Origin: a phage
Direction: 5' to 3' (one strand)
DNA length: 64,000 nt
NCBI GenBank assembly: GCA_019897865.1
Contig: GCA_019897865.1_4532.1
Positions 27,774 to 36,505 of the stretch are shown here, one piece after another (positions within the stretch are counted from its first letter, which is position 1; the number at the start of each line of letters is the position of its first letter). The position numbers were made by a program, and so were the translations under genes. Below the pieces are notes generated by a model, which saw nothing but the letters and a program-made list of their open reading frames with translations, was not told the origin of the DNA and ran no database searches.

Positions 27774-28023
27774 TGAGCAAAAAGTAAATAAACGATGCCT
27801 TACCATTAAAGATTTGGATGTAGGAGATACTTTCGTCTATGAAAATGCATTTGACGAAAATGGTTTAGACCTTAGTGAAATCATTGTTTATTTAAAAGTA
27901 GATGATGGGGAAAATGATTATTCTGCTGTAGAACTAAACCATCATGCACAATTAGTATCAATCCAAAACACATCTAAGCTTTTGGAAGTAGAATTGACTG
28001 TAACTGGTATTACACTTAAATAA
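27754..28023 (+). CDS. small protein, paralog B of duplicated module
   Basis: GTG start after AGGAGG; paralog of 26454..26732. Confidence 0.5.
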   Translation: MLNFEIDEQKVNKRCLTIKDLDVGDTFVYENAFDENGLDLSEIIVYLKVDDGENDYSAVELNHHAQLVSIQNTSKLLEVELTVTGITLK

Positions 28024-28038
28024 TAGAGGAGACAAAAG

Positions 28039-28641
28039 ATGACTGATAAAATTTCCCTGAAAAAAGGCTCTAGCGAAAAAATTTCCCTGAAGAAAGTTGC
28101 TCCGGCTCTGAAAGAACTGCGCCTGGAATTCTCTTGGAAATCTGATTCTAAACTAGATCTGGATGTAAGTGCACTGGTTTGTCGTCATAATGCCGCTGGC
28201 AATCCTGAAATGCTGTCCGCACGTCATCTGGTTTGCTATGCTAATAAGTTTGATCCTGAACGTTCTACCTTCGCTGGTGACGATGTTCGTGATGGAACTG
28301 GCAGCATGGAGCAGATTGATATTACTCTGGCTAAAATCTCTCCTGATGCACAAGAGATTGCCTTTGTTCTGACTATTGATGATGATACAGGTCTGAAACG
28401 TTTTGGTCATGCTTCTGAAGGTATGCTTAAAATCTTCGACTCCGAGCGTAATGTGGAAATTCTGGATTTTGACTTCCTGGCTCCTGAAGTAGCTGGCAAC
28501 ACAATCTGCCACGTGGCTTCCCTGGTTCGTGAAGATGGAGAATGGAAGCTGAAAGCATATGGTGTAGGTAAAGCTGGTCTGGATATTTGCGATGTGGTGA
28601 TGGCCTTCGGTGGTAAAAAAGAATGGTATGAATGTCCATAA
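28039..28641 (+). CDS. terD: TerD-family protein
   Basis: 200 aa; ISLKKG...ISLKK, LDLDVSAL, GDDVRDGTG, GEWKLKAYGVGKAGL match the TerD fold signature. Confidence 0.8.
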   Translation: MTDKISLKKGSSEKISLKKVAPALKELRLEFSWKSDSKLDLDVSALVCRHNAAGNPEMLSARHLVCYANKFDPERSTFAGDDVRDGTGSMEQIDITLAKISPDAQEIAFVLTIDDDTGLKRFGHASEGMLKIFDSERNVEILDFDFLAPEVAGNTICHVASLVREDGEWKLKAYGVGKAGLDICDVVMAFGGKKEWYECP

Positions 28642-28659
28642 TAATTAACAAATGATTTT

Positions 28660-28679
28660 GAGGGGGAGAAATCCCCCTC
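28660..28679 (+). terminator. GC-rich hairpin after terD (weak U-tract)
   Basis: gaggggga gaaa tccccctc perfect 8-bp stem; only TT follows. Confidence 0.45.
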
Positions 28680-28708
28680 TTGCAATAAAGCCTCTATCGT
28701 GTTATACT
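28680..28708 (+). promoter_or_regulatory. sigma70-like promoter TTGCAA-N17-TGnTATACT
   Basis: -35 at 28680-28685; extended -10 TG at 28700-28701 and TATACT at 28703-28708. Confidence 0.55.
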
Positions 28709-28740
28709 AGAAGTTCGTTAACTTAAAAAGGAGGCAAAAT

Positions 28741-29262
28741 TTGCTGATAAAAAACTTTGTAACAGTTGCGTTACTATCCTTAACTGCTTTTACATTTACA
28801 CCTGTTGTGGCGAAAGCCGAAGCTGCAAACGTAAAAACCGCTAAAGTAGTTCACAAATGTACAAAGCAATATAATGATAAAATTCTATTAGCTTGTGCAA
28901 TTTACGCAGAAGGTCGCGGTCTGGGTAAAAAAGGAATGAATGCCGTTGGGAATGTGGTAATCAACAGAAGAAATGATGCCTACTTCCCTAACACAGTCAA
29001 GGGAGTCTTGTTCCAGAAAGGGCAATTCTCATATGCGAAAACTTTTAACGTGACAGAGAAAGATAAGTGGCAGGAAGCAAAAGCAATAGCGGAGCGTTTA
29101 CTTTATTTAGAGAAACATTTTCCTGAATTGCGGTCTGTTTTAGATGTTACTAAAGGTGCTCTATACTTCAAGAAACGGAATATAAGGACACACTGGGAGC
29201 GTGATATGCGTCTTGTTTATCGAGATAAAGTGCATGGTTTCTATCTACCAAAGGGGAGTTAA
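28741..29262 (+). CDS. SleB/CwlJ-like cell-wall hydrolase with signal peptide
   Basis: TTG start 6 nt after AAAGGAGG; signal peptide MLIKNFVTVALLSLTAFTFTPVVAKA; LLACAIYAEGRG...VGNVVINRR...GQF motifs. Confidence 0.6.
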   Translation: MLIKNFVTVALLSLTAFTFTPVVAKAEAANVKTAKVVHKCTKQYNDKILLACAIYAEGRGLGKKGMNAVGNVVINRRNDAYFPNTVKGVLFQKGQFSYAKTFNVTEKDKWQEAKAIAERLLYLEKHFPELRSVLDVTKGALYFKKRNIRTHWERDMRLVYRDKVHGFYLPKGS

Positions 29263-29263
29263 A

Positions 29264-29548
29264 ATGCAAGAAGATAATACTGTTGTTGTAGCAAGTTACC
29301 TGGTTGTCGGTCTTACCGAAGAGGACGTATACTACACCCGTAAACATTTGGAAGCATACGCTACTTTGTTTATGGAAGATGAAAAAGATGTAGATAAATA
29401 TAGCATTGATATGATCAACGACAGTATTTATCCTTGTATGGTTCTTAAAGTAGATGCTGTGCTGTGGGAGCGTTTTGCAAGGACTCATGATGCTGTAGAA
29501 TGCTCCGCAGTAATGTCTCAAAACAACATTTTAGGGGAGATTCACTGA
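29264..29548 (+). CDS. hypothetical protein
   Basis: Track ORF 29201..29548; ATG at 29264 follows AAGGGGAG. Confidence 0.45.
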   Translation: MQEDNTVVVASYLVVGLTEEDVYYTRKHLEAYATLFMEDEKDVDKYSIDMINDSIYPCMVLKVDAVLWERFARTHDAVECSAVMSQNNILGEIH

Positions 29549-29778
29549 TGGGAGAAGTCATTGAAGTAAATTTTCGCACTAAACAAAAAGTGCAAAAATA
29601 TGTTGTTATTAAAAACATTTGCGTTGTCTGCTTCAATACTGTAATATATGATTCACGACGCGGAGAAAACGAAAATGAACCTTACATTGAAATTTCTAAG
29701 AACAAAGGTCAATGTATTTGTAAGAACTGTGCAGTAGCTATTAAGGAGGTTGTAAATGAAAACGCTTGGGACCAATGA
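29548..29778 (+). CDS. small Zn-ribbon protein
   Basis: Track ORF 29500..29778; ATG at 29548; CVVCFN...CKNC cysteine pairs. Confidence 0.45.
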   Translation: MGEVIEVNFRTKQKVQKYVVIKNICVVCFNTVIYDSRRGENENEPYIEISKNKGQCICKNCAVAIKEVVNENAWDQ

Positions 29779-29947
29779 AACTGGCGAGATCTCTCTTCAA
29801 GAAGTGACAAACGACAAGCTGATTAAACTACGGGATGTAGCTCGTGACCATCTCCAAGAATCTTTTAAAGAATATATGGAAGCACGAGATCGTGTCATCC
29901 AAATCCAACAAGAAATGATTAAACGTGGGATTGTAGCTGACAGTTAA
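29756..29947 (+). CDS. hypothetical small protein
   Basis: 63-aa ORF with AAGGAGG RBS. Confidence 0.5.
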   Translation: MKTLGTNETGEISLQEVTNDKLIKLRDVARDHLQESFKEYMEARDRVIQIQQEMIKRGIVADS

Positions 29948-29963
29948 TATAACGGAGGGGAGA

Positions 29964-30527
29964 ATGATTTATTATATTACTCCCTATCTGACAGGAAATA
30001 TCGGCAAGGCTATCAATGAAGCTATTGCCGTTCTTCCAGATGATAGTTGGGTGTGCTTAAGAGATACCGATACAATGTTCCTCCTACCTGATCAACCATC
30101 TATGCTTGAAGAGCTTGTTATGTCAAACCCGCCTTTTGATGTAATAGGTGCAACTTGTAACAGGTTAGGTAGTGGTTATCAGCTTTTCTCTAACCAAATT
30201 AACGATGATCCAGATATTCTAAACCATATAGAATATGCTAAGATTGCAAGAGAATATCATAAAGTGAGTGTTGAAGAAGTTCCTTTCGGAACACCTCTGG
30301 CAGGTTTCTTTTTGCTTTTTAGAAAATCATTGTGGAATGAAATTCCTTTCGAAGAAAAATCTATCCAATTCGACCTAATTTTCTCTCGCACTTTACATGA
30401 AAAAGGAAAGAGGTTAGGATTGATGCGGGGAATGTATCTGTTTCACATTTACAGATTAGGTCAAACAAATCCTCAACGGTCTATACATCATTTATTACAC
30501 TGTCACGATCACAGTAAAACTATCTAG
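29964..30527 (+). CDS. putative GT-A-fold glycosyltransferase
   Basis: 187 aa; N-terminal ITPY...N.G and acidic CLRDTDT segment. Confidence 0.35.
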   Translation: MIYYITPYLTGNIGKAINEAIAVLPDDSWVCLRDTDTMFLLPDQPSMLEELVMSNPPFDVIGATCNRLGSGYQLFSNQINDDPDILNHIEYAKIAREYHKVSVEEVPFGTPLAGFFLLFRKSLWNEIPFEEKSIQFDLIFSRTLHEKGKRLGLMRGMYLFHIYRLGQTNPQRSIHHLLHCHDHSKTI

Positions 30528-30535
30528 GAGAGAAA

Positions 30536-31219
30536 ATGGAAAATATTAAAATCGGAGTGGGTGTTATCACTGTAGGTGTCCGTCCACTTAAAGACTATCT
30601 TGTAACAGATCCACATGCAGATTTTCGAGTATTCAACGATCCAGATCGTAAAGGTGTAGCTTACGCCAGGAATGAACTTATGCACCAGTTTTATGAAGAA
30701 GGTTATGATTATTGGTTTATTTTTGACGACGATTGCTACCCAATCATGGAGGGATGGGAAACATATTTTGTAGATCAAGCTGTCTCTGGAGGATGGGATT
30801 TCTTTGGTATGCCGGAGTATTTCAAAGATAAAGTTGTTGGGAGTAAAGGAGAAGTTATTCTCTGGGAACTTGCAATGTGTCAATTTGCAATGTATTCTCG
30901 TGCCGTTGTTGAGAAGATGGGTTATTTCCGCCCTTACACTCACGGCTATGGTTTTGAAGATGCTGAATGGGTACACCGTTTGAAAGCTGCTGGTTTGAAT
31001 CAGGGTATTCAGGCAATACCTTGTCCACTTCGTATCATGGCTTATATCCACCCAGACGATGTTTTTGGAAACAATCCTATGCCTTTTGCTAATCTGACAA
31101 AAGAAGAGAAAGAAGCTGCTATTGGCATTAACTGGGAAGAATATAAAGCGTCTTTAGAAGATATTAAAAATGGGAAAATCCGAATTTCTTATGAGGAGGC
31201 ACTGGCACATGTCAAATAA
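30536..31219 (+). CDS. putative GT-A-fold glycosyltransferase
   Basis: 227 aa; FIFDDDCYP (DxD-like) and GYGFEDAEW motifs. Confidence 0.4.
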   Translation: MENIKIGVGVITVGVRPLKDYLVTDPHADFRVFNDPDRKGVAYARNELMHQFYEEGYDYWFIFDDDCYPIMEGWETYFVDQAVSGGWDFFGMPEYFKDKVVGSKGEVILWELAMCQFAMYSRAVVEKMGYFRPYTHGYGFEDAEWVHRLKAAGLNQGIQAIPCPLRIMAYIHPDDVFGNNPMPFANLTKEEKEAAIGINWEEYKASLEDIKNGKIRISYEEALAHVK

Positions 31220-32156
31220 AAAACGGACTAAACTGAAAATTGATGCAAAACCTCACAGTGGTTGTGATTATCATCGTATTGTTATACCATTTAACAACAA
31301 TAATTTTCAGCCTAAGAAAGATGTTGTCGTGTTTAACCGTATTCATTCTAAAGGGGCAGAATACGTTCTGTCCCTGAAACGTCAAGGTGTTAAGATTGTT
31401 GTAGATTTAGATGATTTCTACCAACTTAATCCAGAACATTATTTAGCAAGTTTATATGAGTCAAACACTCATGCTATTGTAGCTATGGTTAAGCTTGCCG
31501 ATGTGGTCATTGTGACTACGGAATATTTGGCATATAAGATCCGTCACTTAAATAGGAATGTTGTTGTGATCCGAAATGCACTTCCTTTTGATAGCGGACA
31601 ATTCACTTTGTCAAATGATCGTTCATCCGGTACCCCTGTTGTATGGGCTGGAGGTGCTAGTCACGAACCCGATTTACGACTAGTCTCTAACACTTTTGAT
31701 GATGAACTTCTTACTATTGCGGGGTATGAAGCTTCGCAGAGTATCACAGGGCAAGAGTGGATTAAGATCCGTAGAAATTTACCAAATGCCAAATATAAAG
31801 CTGCTGTAAAAGATTTAGATAATTACATGAGTGTTTACGAAAGTCATGCTATTGCTATAGCTCCTTTGGTAGATAATGATTTTAATAATTGTAAAAGTAA
31901 TCTCAAAATCCTTGAAGCTGGGGCAAAAGGTATTCCGATTGTTTGTTCTAAGGTATTACCTTATTTTAACCCTGTAGATGCTCGCGCTGTTGCTTATGCA
32001 GAGAATAAAGCAGAATGGCATTACGAAATTGTTAAACTTCTTCGCAATCCGAACTATCGGGAAGATCGTGGCTTGTTCTTAGCGGAACATGTTCGAACAC
32101 ATTATAATCTGGCAGATGCAAACGAATTGCGACGCCAGGTTATTGAAAGTTTGTAG
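31209..32156 (+). CDS. putative GT-B-fold glycosyltransferase (paralog 1)
   Basis: Track ORF 31170..32156; ATG at 31209 after GAGGAGG; KSNLKILEAGAKGIPIVCS motif. Confidence 0.4.
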   Translation: MSNKKRTKLKIDAKPHSGCDYHRIVIPFNNNNFQPKKDVVVFNRIHSKGAEYVLSLKRQGVKIVVDLDDFYQLNPEHYLASLYESNTHAIVAMVKLADVVIVTTEYLAYKIRHLNRNVVVIRNALPFDSGQFTLSNDRSSGTPVVWAGGASHEPDLRLVSNTFDDELLTIAGYEASQSITGQEWIKIRRNLPNAKYKAAVKDLDNYMSVYESHAIAIAPLVDNDFNNCKSNLKILEAGAKGIPIVCSKVLPYFNPVDARAVAYAENKAEWHYEIVKLLRNPNYREDRGLFLAEHVRTHYNLADANELRRQVIESL

Positions 32157-32163
32157 GTGAAGT

Positions 32164-33108
32164 ATGGGACAAATAATTCTTGACAATCGTAACGGAATCA
32201 ATTATAGTGTCTGCGATTTCCATAGGGTAGTGCTGCCTTACTCAAGGCAGTTCTCTTCACAACCTAAACACAACGTTTTCGTTTTTAACGGAGTGCCAAC
32301 AAAAGGTAAAGAGGGCTTTTTAGCCCTTAAAAACCTAGGCTTTAAAATGGTTATGGATTTGGATGACTCTTTAGTTATTCCAAAAGGACACATGTTAGAA
32401 GGTATTTTTGAATCAGGTATTCGTGAACATTTAAAATGGTTTTTAGAGCACAGTGATCTTGTTACAACTACGACACCTGCCTTGCAAGTTGAACTTTCAC
32501 AATACAATGATAATGTGCACATAATCCCTAATGGACTTCCTTACGATGAAGGTCAATTTGTGTTGACCCGTGACCGCTACTCCAAAACTCCATTAGTCTG
32601 GGCTGGAAGTGAAACACATAAACAAGATTTGGCTATCTTGCCCGATTTTGGTAAAGATCTTACAATATGTGGTTTTCGTAGGGATTCTGAAGTTTTAAGT
32701 AGTCGTGAATGGTCTGTAATTAGAGAAAATGTAGCACCAACTTGTGTTTATGAAGGTGTAAGACCATATGCCAACTACATGGAATCTTACGATGGTCATC
32801 AAATCAGTCTTGCACCATTGATCGATAACGTGTTTAATAATGCAAAAAGCAATCTTAAAATTCTTGAGGCAGGTGCTAAGGGTTTACCTTTAATCTGCTC
32901 TCCTCGTGAGAATTATCATACACAAGAGTTTAAAGATTTGTTATTCTTTGCTGAAACACCTTCCGAGTGGAAAGATATTACGGAATACTTATTAAGTGCT
33001 CCCGATGTTTGCATGGAGAAAGGATTAGCATTAGCTAAGTATGTCAGGACTCATTATCACATTGATGTGTTGAATGAGCGTCGTAGACTTTTATTTGAGG
33101 AGCTATAA
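32164..33108 (+). CDS. putative GT-B-fold glycosyltransferase (paralog 2)
   Basis: 314 aa; shares CD(F/Y)HR(V/I)V(L/I)P and NLKILEAGAKG(L/I)P motifs with 31209..32156. Confidence 0.4.
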   Translation: MGQIILDNRNGINYSVCDFHRVVLPYSRQFSSQPKHNVFVFNGVPTKGKEGFLALKNLGFKMVMDLDDSLVIPKGHMLEGIFESGIREHLKWFLEHSDLVTTTTPALQVELSQYNDNVHIIPNGLPYDEGQFVLTRDRYSKTPLVWAGSETHKQDLAILPDFGKDLTICGFRRDSEVLSSREWSVIRENVAPTCVYEGVRPYANYMESYDGHQISLAPLIDNVFNNAKSNLKILEAGAKGLPLICSPRENYHTQEFKDLLFFAETPSEWKDITEYLLSAPDVCMEKGLALAKYVRTHYHIDVLNERRRLLFEEL

Positions 33109-33386
33109 TGATTAACACTTTTGATTTTGAATACACCACTCGTAACGGGAAAGCCTTGGTCGTGGAGGTGGATTACTATTATGAAGAACCTAATCCACTT
33201 TCTCGTGAAAGCGATTGGGATTACCACGGAGGGCTTTTAATTGACGGTATTCGTTTTTATGAAGGATCTACAGAAGTTTTTGAAAAAGATTTAAATGTAA
33301 CTGTAGCAGAAATTGCTTTCCAATTTAGAAAGCACATGGAAGAACTAGAAGCAGAATATATGATGGAGACTAACGAACCATTTTAA
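33108..33386 (+). CDS. hypothetical protein
   Basis: 92-aa ORF, start overlaps upstream stop. Confidence 0.5.
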   Translation: MINTFDFEYTTRNGKALVVEVDYYYEEPNPLSRESDWDYHGGLLIDGIRFYEGSTEVFEKDLNVTVAEIAFQFRKHMEELEAEYMMETNEPF

Positions 33387-33398
33387 CAGGAGAACAAA

Positions 33399-35177
33399 GT
33401 GTCGCACATTATAACTAAATATGGATTTGATGTTGATCTTAGCAAGGAAGGGCATACAGGTTGTCCGCGCTGCATGAAAAATGGCAAGGATCGCTCTCGT
33501 AATAACCTGATGGTTTATGGATTAGATTCTAATGGAGAGCATAAAGGTGCTAAGTGCTTTGCGTGTGAATACACTATTCCTAGCGTAGAATGGTTACGAG
33601 AAAATGGTGAAGTTTTAGAAGAAGAGGAGGAGATTGTGGGTTCGGAATTTAATAAACAGATTCATCGTAAAATTGTTCAAGAAACATCAACCAACCCACG
33701 TGGTTATCGAGGCATTAAAGAAAAAGTTTCATCTTTCTATGGTGTTCGTTATGAATACCGTCAGGAAGGGGATCAGATGGTAGTAGAAAGTTGTTTATAT
33801 CCGACTACCATCGGTAAAGAATTGGTTGGTTTTAAGCGTCGTATTCATCCTAAAGATTTCAGTAAACCTATTGGTCAAGTAGGTAAAGATGTAGATCTTT
33901 TTGGACAAATTCGTTTTGCAGACCGTTCTCATACTGTTGTAATTACAGGTGGTGAACACGATGCTCTGGCAGCTTATCAAATGCTATCTGAAAACTTGGA
34001 CAGTAAATATGAGCTTCCAGCCGTAGTAAGTGGCACAACTGGTGAAACCAGTATGTATAAACAAGTTCAGGCACAATATCCTTTCTTTGAAAAATTTAAG
34101 AAGATTATTGTTTGCATGGATAACGACAAAGCAGGTAATGAGGCATTTGAAAATATTGTTAAGGTGTTACCTCGTAACAAAGTCTACCGTATGCAGATGG
34201 ATCTTAAGGATGCCAATCAGTATCTGGAAGAAGGTCGTGCAAAAGATTTCGTAAAAGCTTTTTGGAGTGCTCGTCTATACACCCCAGCAGGTGTTTATGC
34301 TTCTAATGTCTTGTATGAAGCTGCATTGGAATGCTTGGAATCCAAGATGATTACCTTGCCTCCTTTTATGCGTGTTGCTGCAAATATGTTGGGGGGTGGT
34401 TTAGTAGAGGAAGAGATTACAGTCATCCTGGCAAAGACCAGTATCGGTAAAACTTTGATGGTGAACGAGATCACCAAACATATTATTGTTGCGCACCCAG
34501 AACATACCCTAGGTATTCTGTCCTTGGAAGCAACTTATAAGAAATATTCTCGTAACCTGTTGTCCTCGTTCCTGCATATTCCTCTACACAGGAAAACACC
34601 GGAAGAGAAATTTCAAATCTTGGAAGAGAATAAAGAAAAAATCCTAGATTTTTACGAAAGAGAAGATGGATCACCACGTTTTTATGTGTGTGATGATCGT
34701 GGAGCAGATGTGGAGTCTATCAAAGAAAAAGTTTTGGAGATGATCATCTATTTTGGAGTAACAATTCTTGTTATCGACCCTTATTCTGATTTGCTTTCTG
34801 GTATGGATGTTCAAGCCCAGGAAGAGTTAGCAACATGGTTGAAGCGCATCATGAAAGAGTATGCTATAACCATTATCGTCATCTCACACGTTAAGAAGTC
34901 GGCTAATGGTGGCAATGAACACTTAACAGAGGACGATGCAATGGGTAGTAGTTTCTTGGCTAAAGGTGCTGGTATTACCTTGGCTTTGGAACGAGATAAA
35001 GCCGCTGAAGACCCTGTAGAACGCAATACGACTCATTGCTTTATCCTAAAAAACCGTGAGTTCTCGGAAACTGGTCCGGCAGGGCAGTTTTACTATGACA
35101 TTAGAACTGCAACTCTGCATGACAAAGAGCAGTATTTCAACAATCCTGCTAATTTGCCTACGGATAGCAACTATTAA
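33399..35177 (+). CDS. bifunctional DNA primase/helicase (T7 gp4-like)
   Basis: 592 aa; N-terminal Zn finger CPRC...CFAC, central primase region, C-terminal DnaB-like ATPase with AKTSIGKT. Confidence 0.75.
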   Translation: MSHIITKYGFDVDLSKEGHTGCPRCMKNGKDRSRNNLMVYGLDSNGEHKGAKCFACEYTIPSVEWLRENGEVLEEEEEIVGSEFNKQIHRKIVQETSTNPRGYRGIKEKVSSFYGVRYEYRQEGDQMVVESCLYPTTIGKELVGFKRRIHPKDFSKPIGQVGKDVDLFGQIRFADRSHTVVITGGEHDALAAYQMLSENLDSKYELPAVVSGTTGETSMYKQVQAQYPFFEKFKKIIVCMDNDKAGNEAFENIVKVLPRNKVYRMQMDLKDANQYLEEGRAKDFVKAFWSARLYTPAGVYASNVLYEAALECLESKMITLPPFMRVAANMLGGGLVEEEITVILAKTSIGKTLMVNEITKHIIVAHPEHTLGILSLEATYKKYSRNLLSSFLHIPLHRKTPEEKFQILEENKEKILDFYEREDGSPRFYVCDDRGADVESIKEKVLEMIIYFGVTILVIDPYSDLLSGMDVQAQEELATWLKRIMKEYAITIIVISHVKKSANGGNEHLTEDDAMGSSFLAKGAGITLALERDKAAEDPVERNTTHCFILKNREFSETGPAGQFYYDIRTATLHDKEQYFNNPANLPTDSNY

Positions 35178-35196
35178 GGGCTTCGGCCCTTTTATT
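35177..35196 (+). terminator. Rho-independent terminator
   Basis: agggc ttcg gccct hairpin followed by TTTTATT. Confidence 0.65.
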
Positions 35197-35207
35197 AAAA
35201 ATACCTG

Positions 35208-35236
35208 TTGACAACTTTACGGAAGGGACTTATACT
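35208..35236 (+). promoter_or_regulatory. sigma70-like promoter TTGACA-N17-TATACT
   Basis: -35 at 35208-35213 and -10 at 35231-35236. Confidence 0.6.
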
Positions 35237-35269
35237 TGTCTCATCAACCAAACAAGAGGAGAAGTAAAA

Positions 35270-35701
35270 ATGCGTATGACAATCGATCTGAATGCAAAAG
35301 TTAAAGCTGCTGGTGCTCTGGGCGCTGGTGTTATTAAACACAAACAAGCGTTGGCATTTGCCATCCCACATATGATTGTTGAGGATCATCCTGAAGAGTT
35401 TGCTGTAAAAGTTGTTGAGAACAATGTCTCTGTTATTGAACATCTTCCAACTGGACGTTCTTACCGTGTTGTTTCTTCTAGAGGTTTCCGTTTCGATGTA
35501 AGCCCTTCTTTCACAAAAGGTGCTGGTCGTAGTAAAGTGGGTATTCTTTCTTACAAATATTATATCGATAAAGTTGCAGATGGTGTCGCATTCTGTCGTG
35601 TAAGTGAAGGTAAAGTAGATATCATCTTTAAAAATACCAAAAACATGGTTATTTCTGACGATGGGAAAGTTGACCTCACTATTGAGTTCGCTAACAACTA
35701 A
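35270..35701 (+). CDS. hypothetical protein
   Basis: 143-aa ORF with AGAGGAG RBS. Confidence 0.55.
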   Translation: MRMTIDLNAKVKAAGALGAGVIKHKQALAFAIPHMIVEDHPEEFAVKVVENNVSVIEHLPTGRSYRVVSSRGFRFDVSPSFTKGAGRSKVGILSYKYYIDKVADGVAFCRVSEGKVDIIFKNTKNMVISDDGKVDLTIEFANN

Positions 35702-35710
35702 GGAGGACTA

Positions 35711-36505
35711 TTGAGCAAGTTGAATACACTTGATCAATATTACACTAACCCCGCTTATGCGGGGTTCTTATGTGATAAGATCAAAGAAATTTTTGGAGAG
35801 GAAGCTAACTACGTAGAACCATCTGCGGGAGAAGGAGCTTTCTCTTCTTGTTTTAAAAACATAACTTCTTTTGATATTGACCCTAAGTTTGAAGATTGTA
35901 TTGAGGCAGATTTTTTAGCTCAATCTGTTGAGTCTGTTGGCAGTGTAACTGCTTTTGTCGGTAATCCTCCGTTTGGAAAAAATGCTAGTCTTGCCATTAA
36001 GTTCTTTAACCATTGTGCTGAAATGTTGGATAACGAAGGTGGTATTTGTTTTATCTTGCCTCGCACATTTCAAAAAATCTTTTTTGCACACAAACTAAAT
36101 CCCCACATGCATCTTCTTTACGAAGAAGAATGTCCAAAAGGATCTTTTATTCTTCATGGAGAACCTTGGGATGTTCCTTGTGTATTCCAGATATGGATTA
36201 AACGCAACGAGAAGCGTTCTCCCGTTGTTTTAGGAGAGAATCGACTGTTCGTATTAGGTAACAGTAAAGACTACGATATAGCCGTTAGGAGAGCGGGAGC
36301 AAGTGCAGGTAAAGTGTTATCAGAAGAAGATTCTTTATCTGAAGCATCTACCTATTTTTTAAAAGCCTTGACTTCTGATCTTAAAACGCGTATCATTGAG
36401 GCTTACCCGTTACTTAAAGCTGAAGCTAGTAAAACTGCGGGAGTAAGAAGTTTAAGTTTAAAAGAACTTCAGTGGGTTCTGGAGAACATTAGAAAGGAGG
36501 AATAG
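35711..36505 (+). CDS. N6-adenine (amino) DNA methyltransferase
   Basis: 264 aa; AdoMet motif EPSAGEGAF followed by catalytic NPPF; TTG start after AGGAGG. Confidence 0.65.
   Translation: MSKLNTLDQYYTNPAYAGFLCDKIKEIFGEEANYVEPSAGEGAFSSCFKNITSFDIDPKFEDCIEADFLAQSVESVGSVTAFVGNPPFGKNASLAIKFFNHCAEMLDNEGGICFILPRTFQKIFFAHKLNPHMHLLYEEECPKGSFILHGEPWDVPCVFQIWIKRNEKRSPVVLGENRLFVLGNSKDYDIAVRRAGASAGKVLSEEDSLSEASTYFLKALTSDLKTRIIEAYPLLKAEASKTAGVRSLSLKELQWVLENIRKEE

Noticed and set aside
30524-31051. 175-aa minus-strand ORF antisense to the glycosyltransferase-like gene
   Set aside because: Shadow ORF; the strand switch would break a consistently plus-strand operon and there is no RBS.
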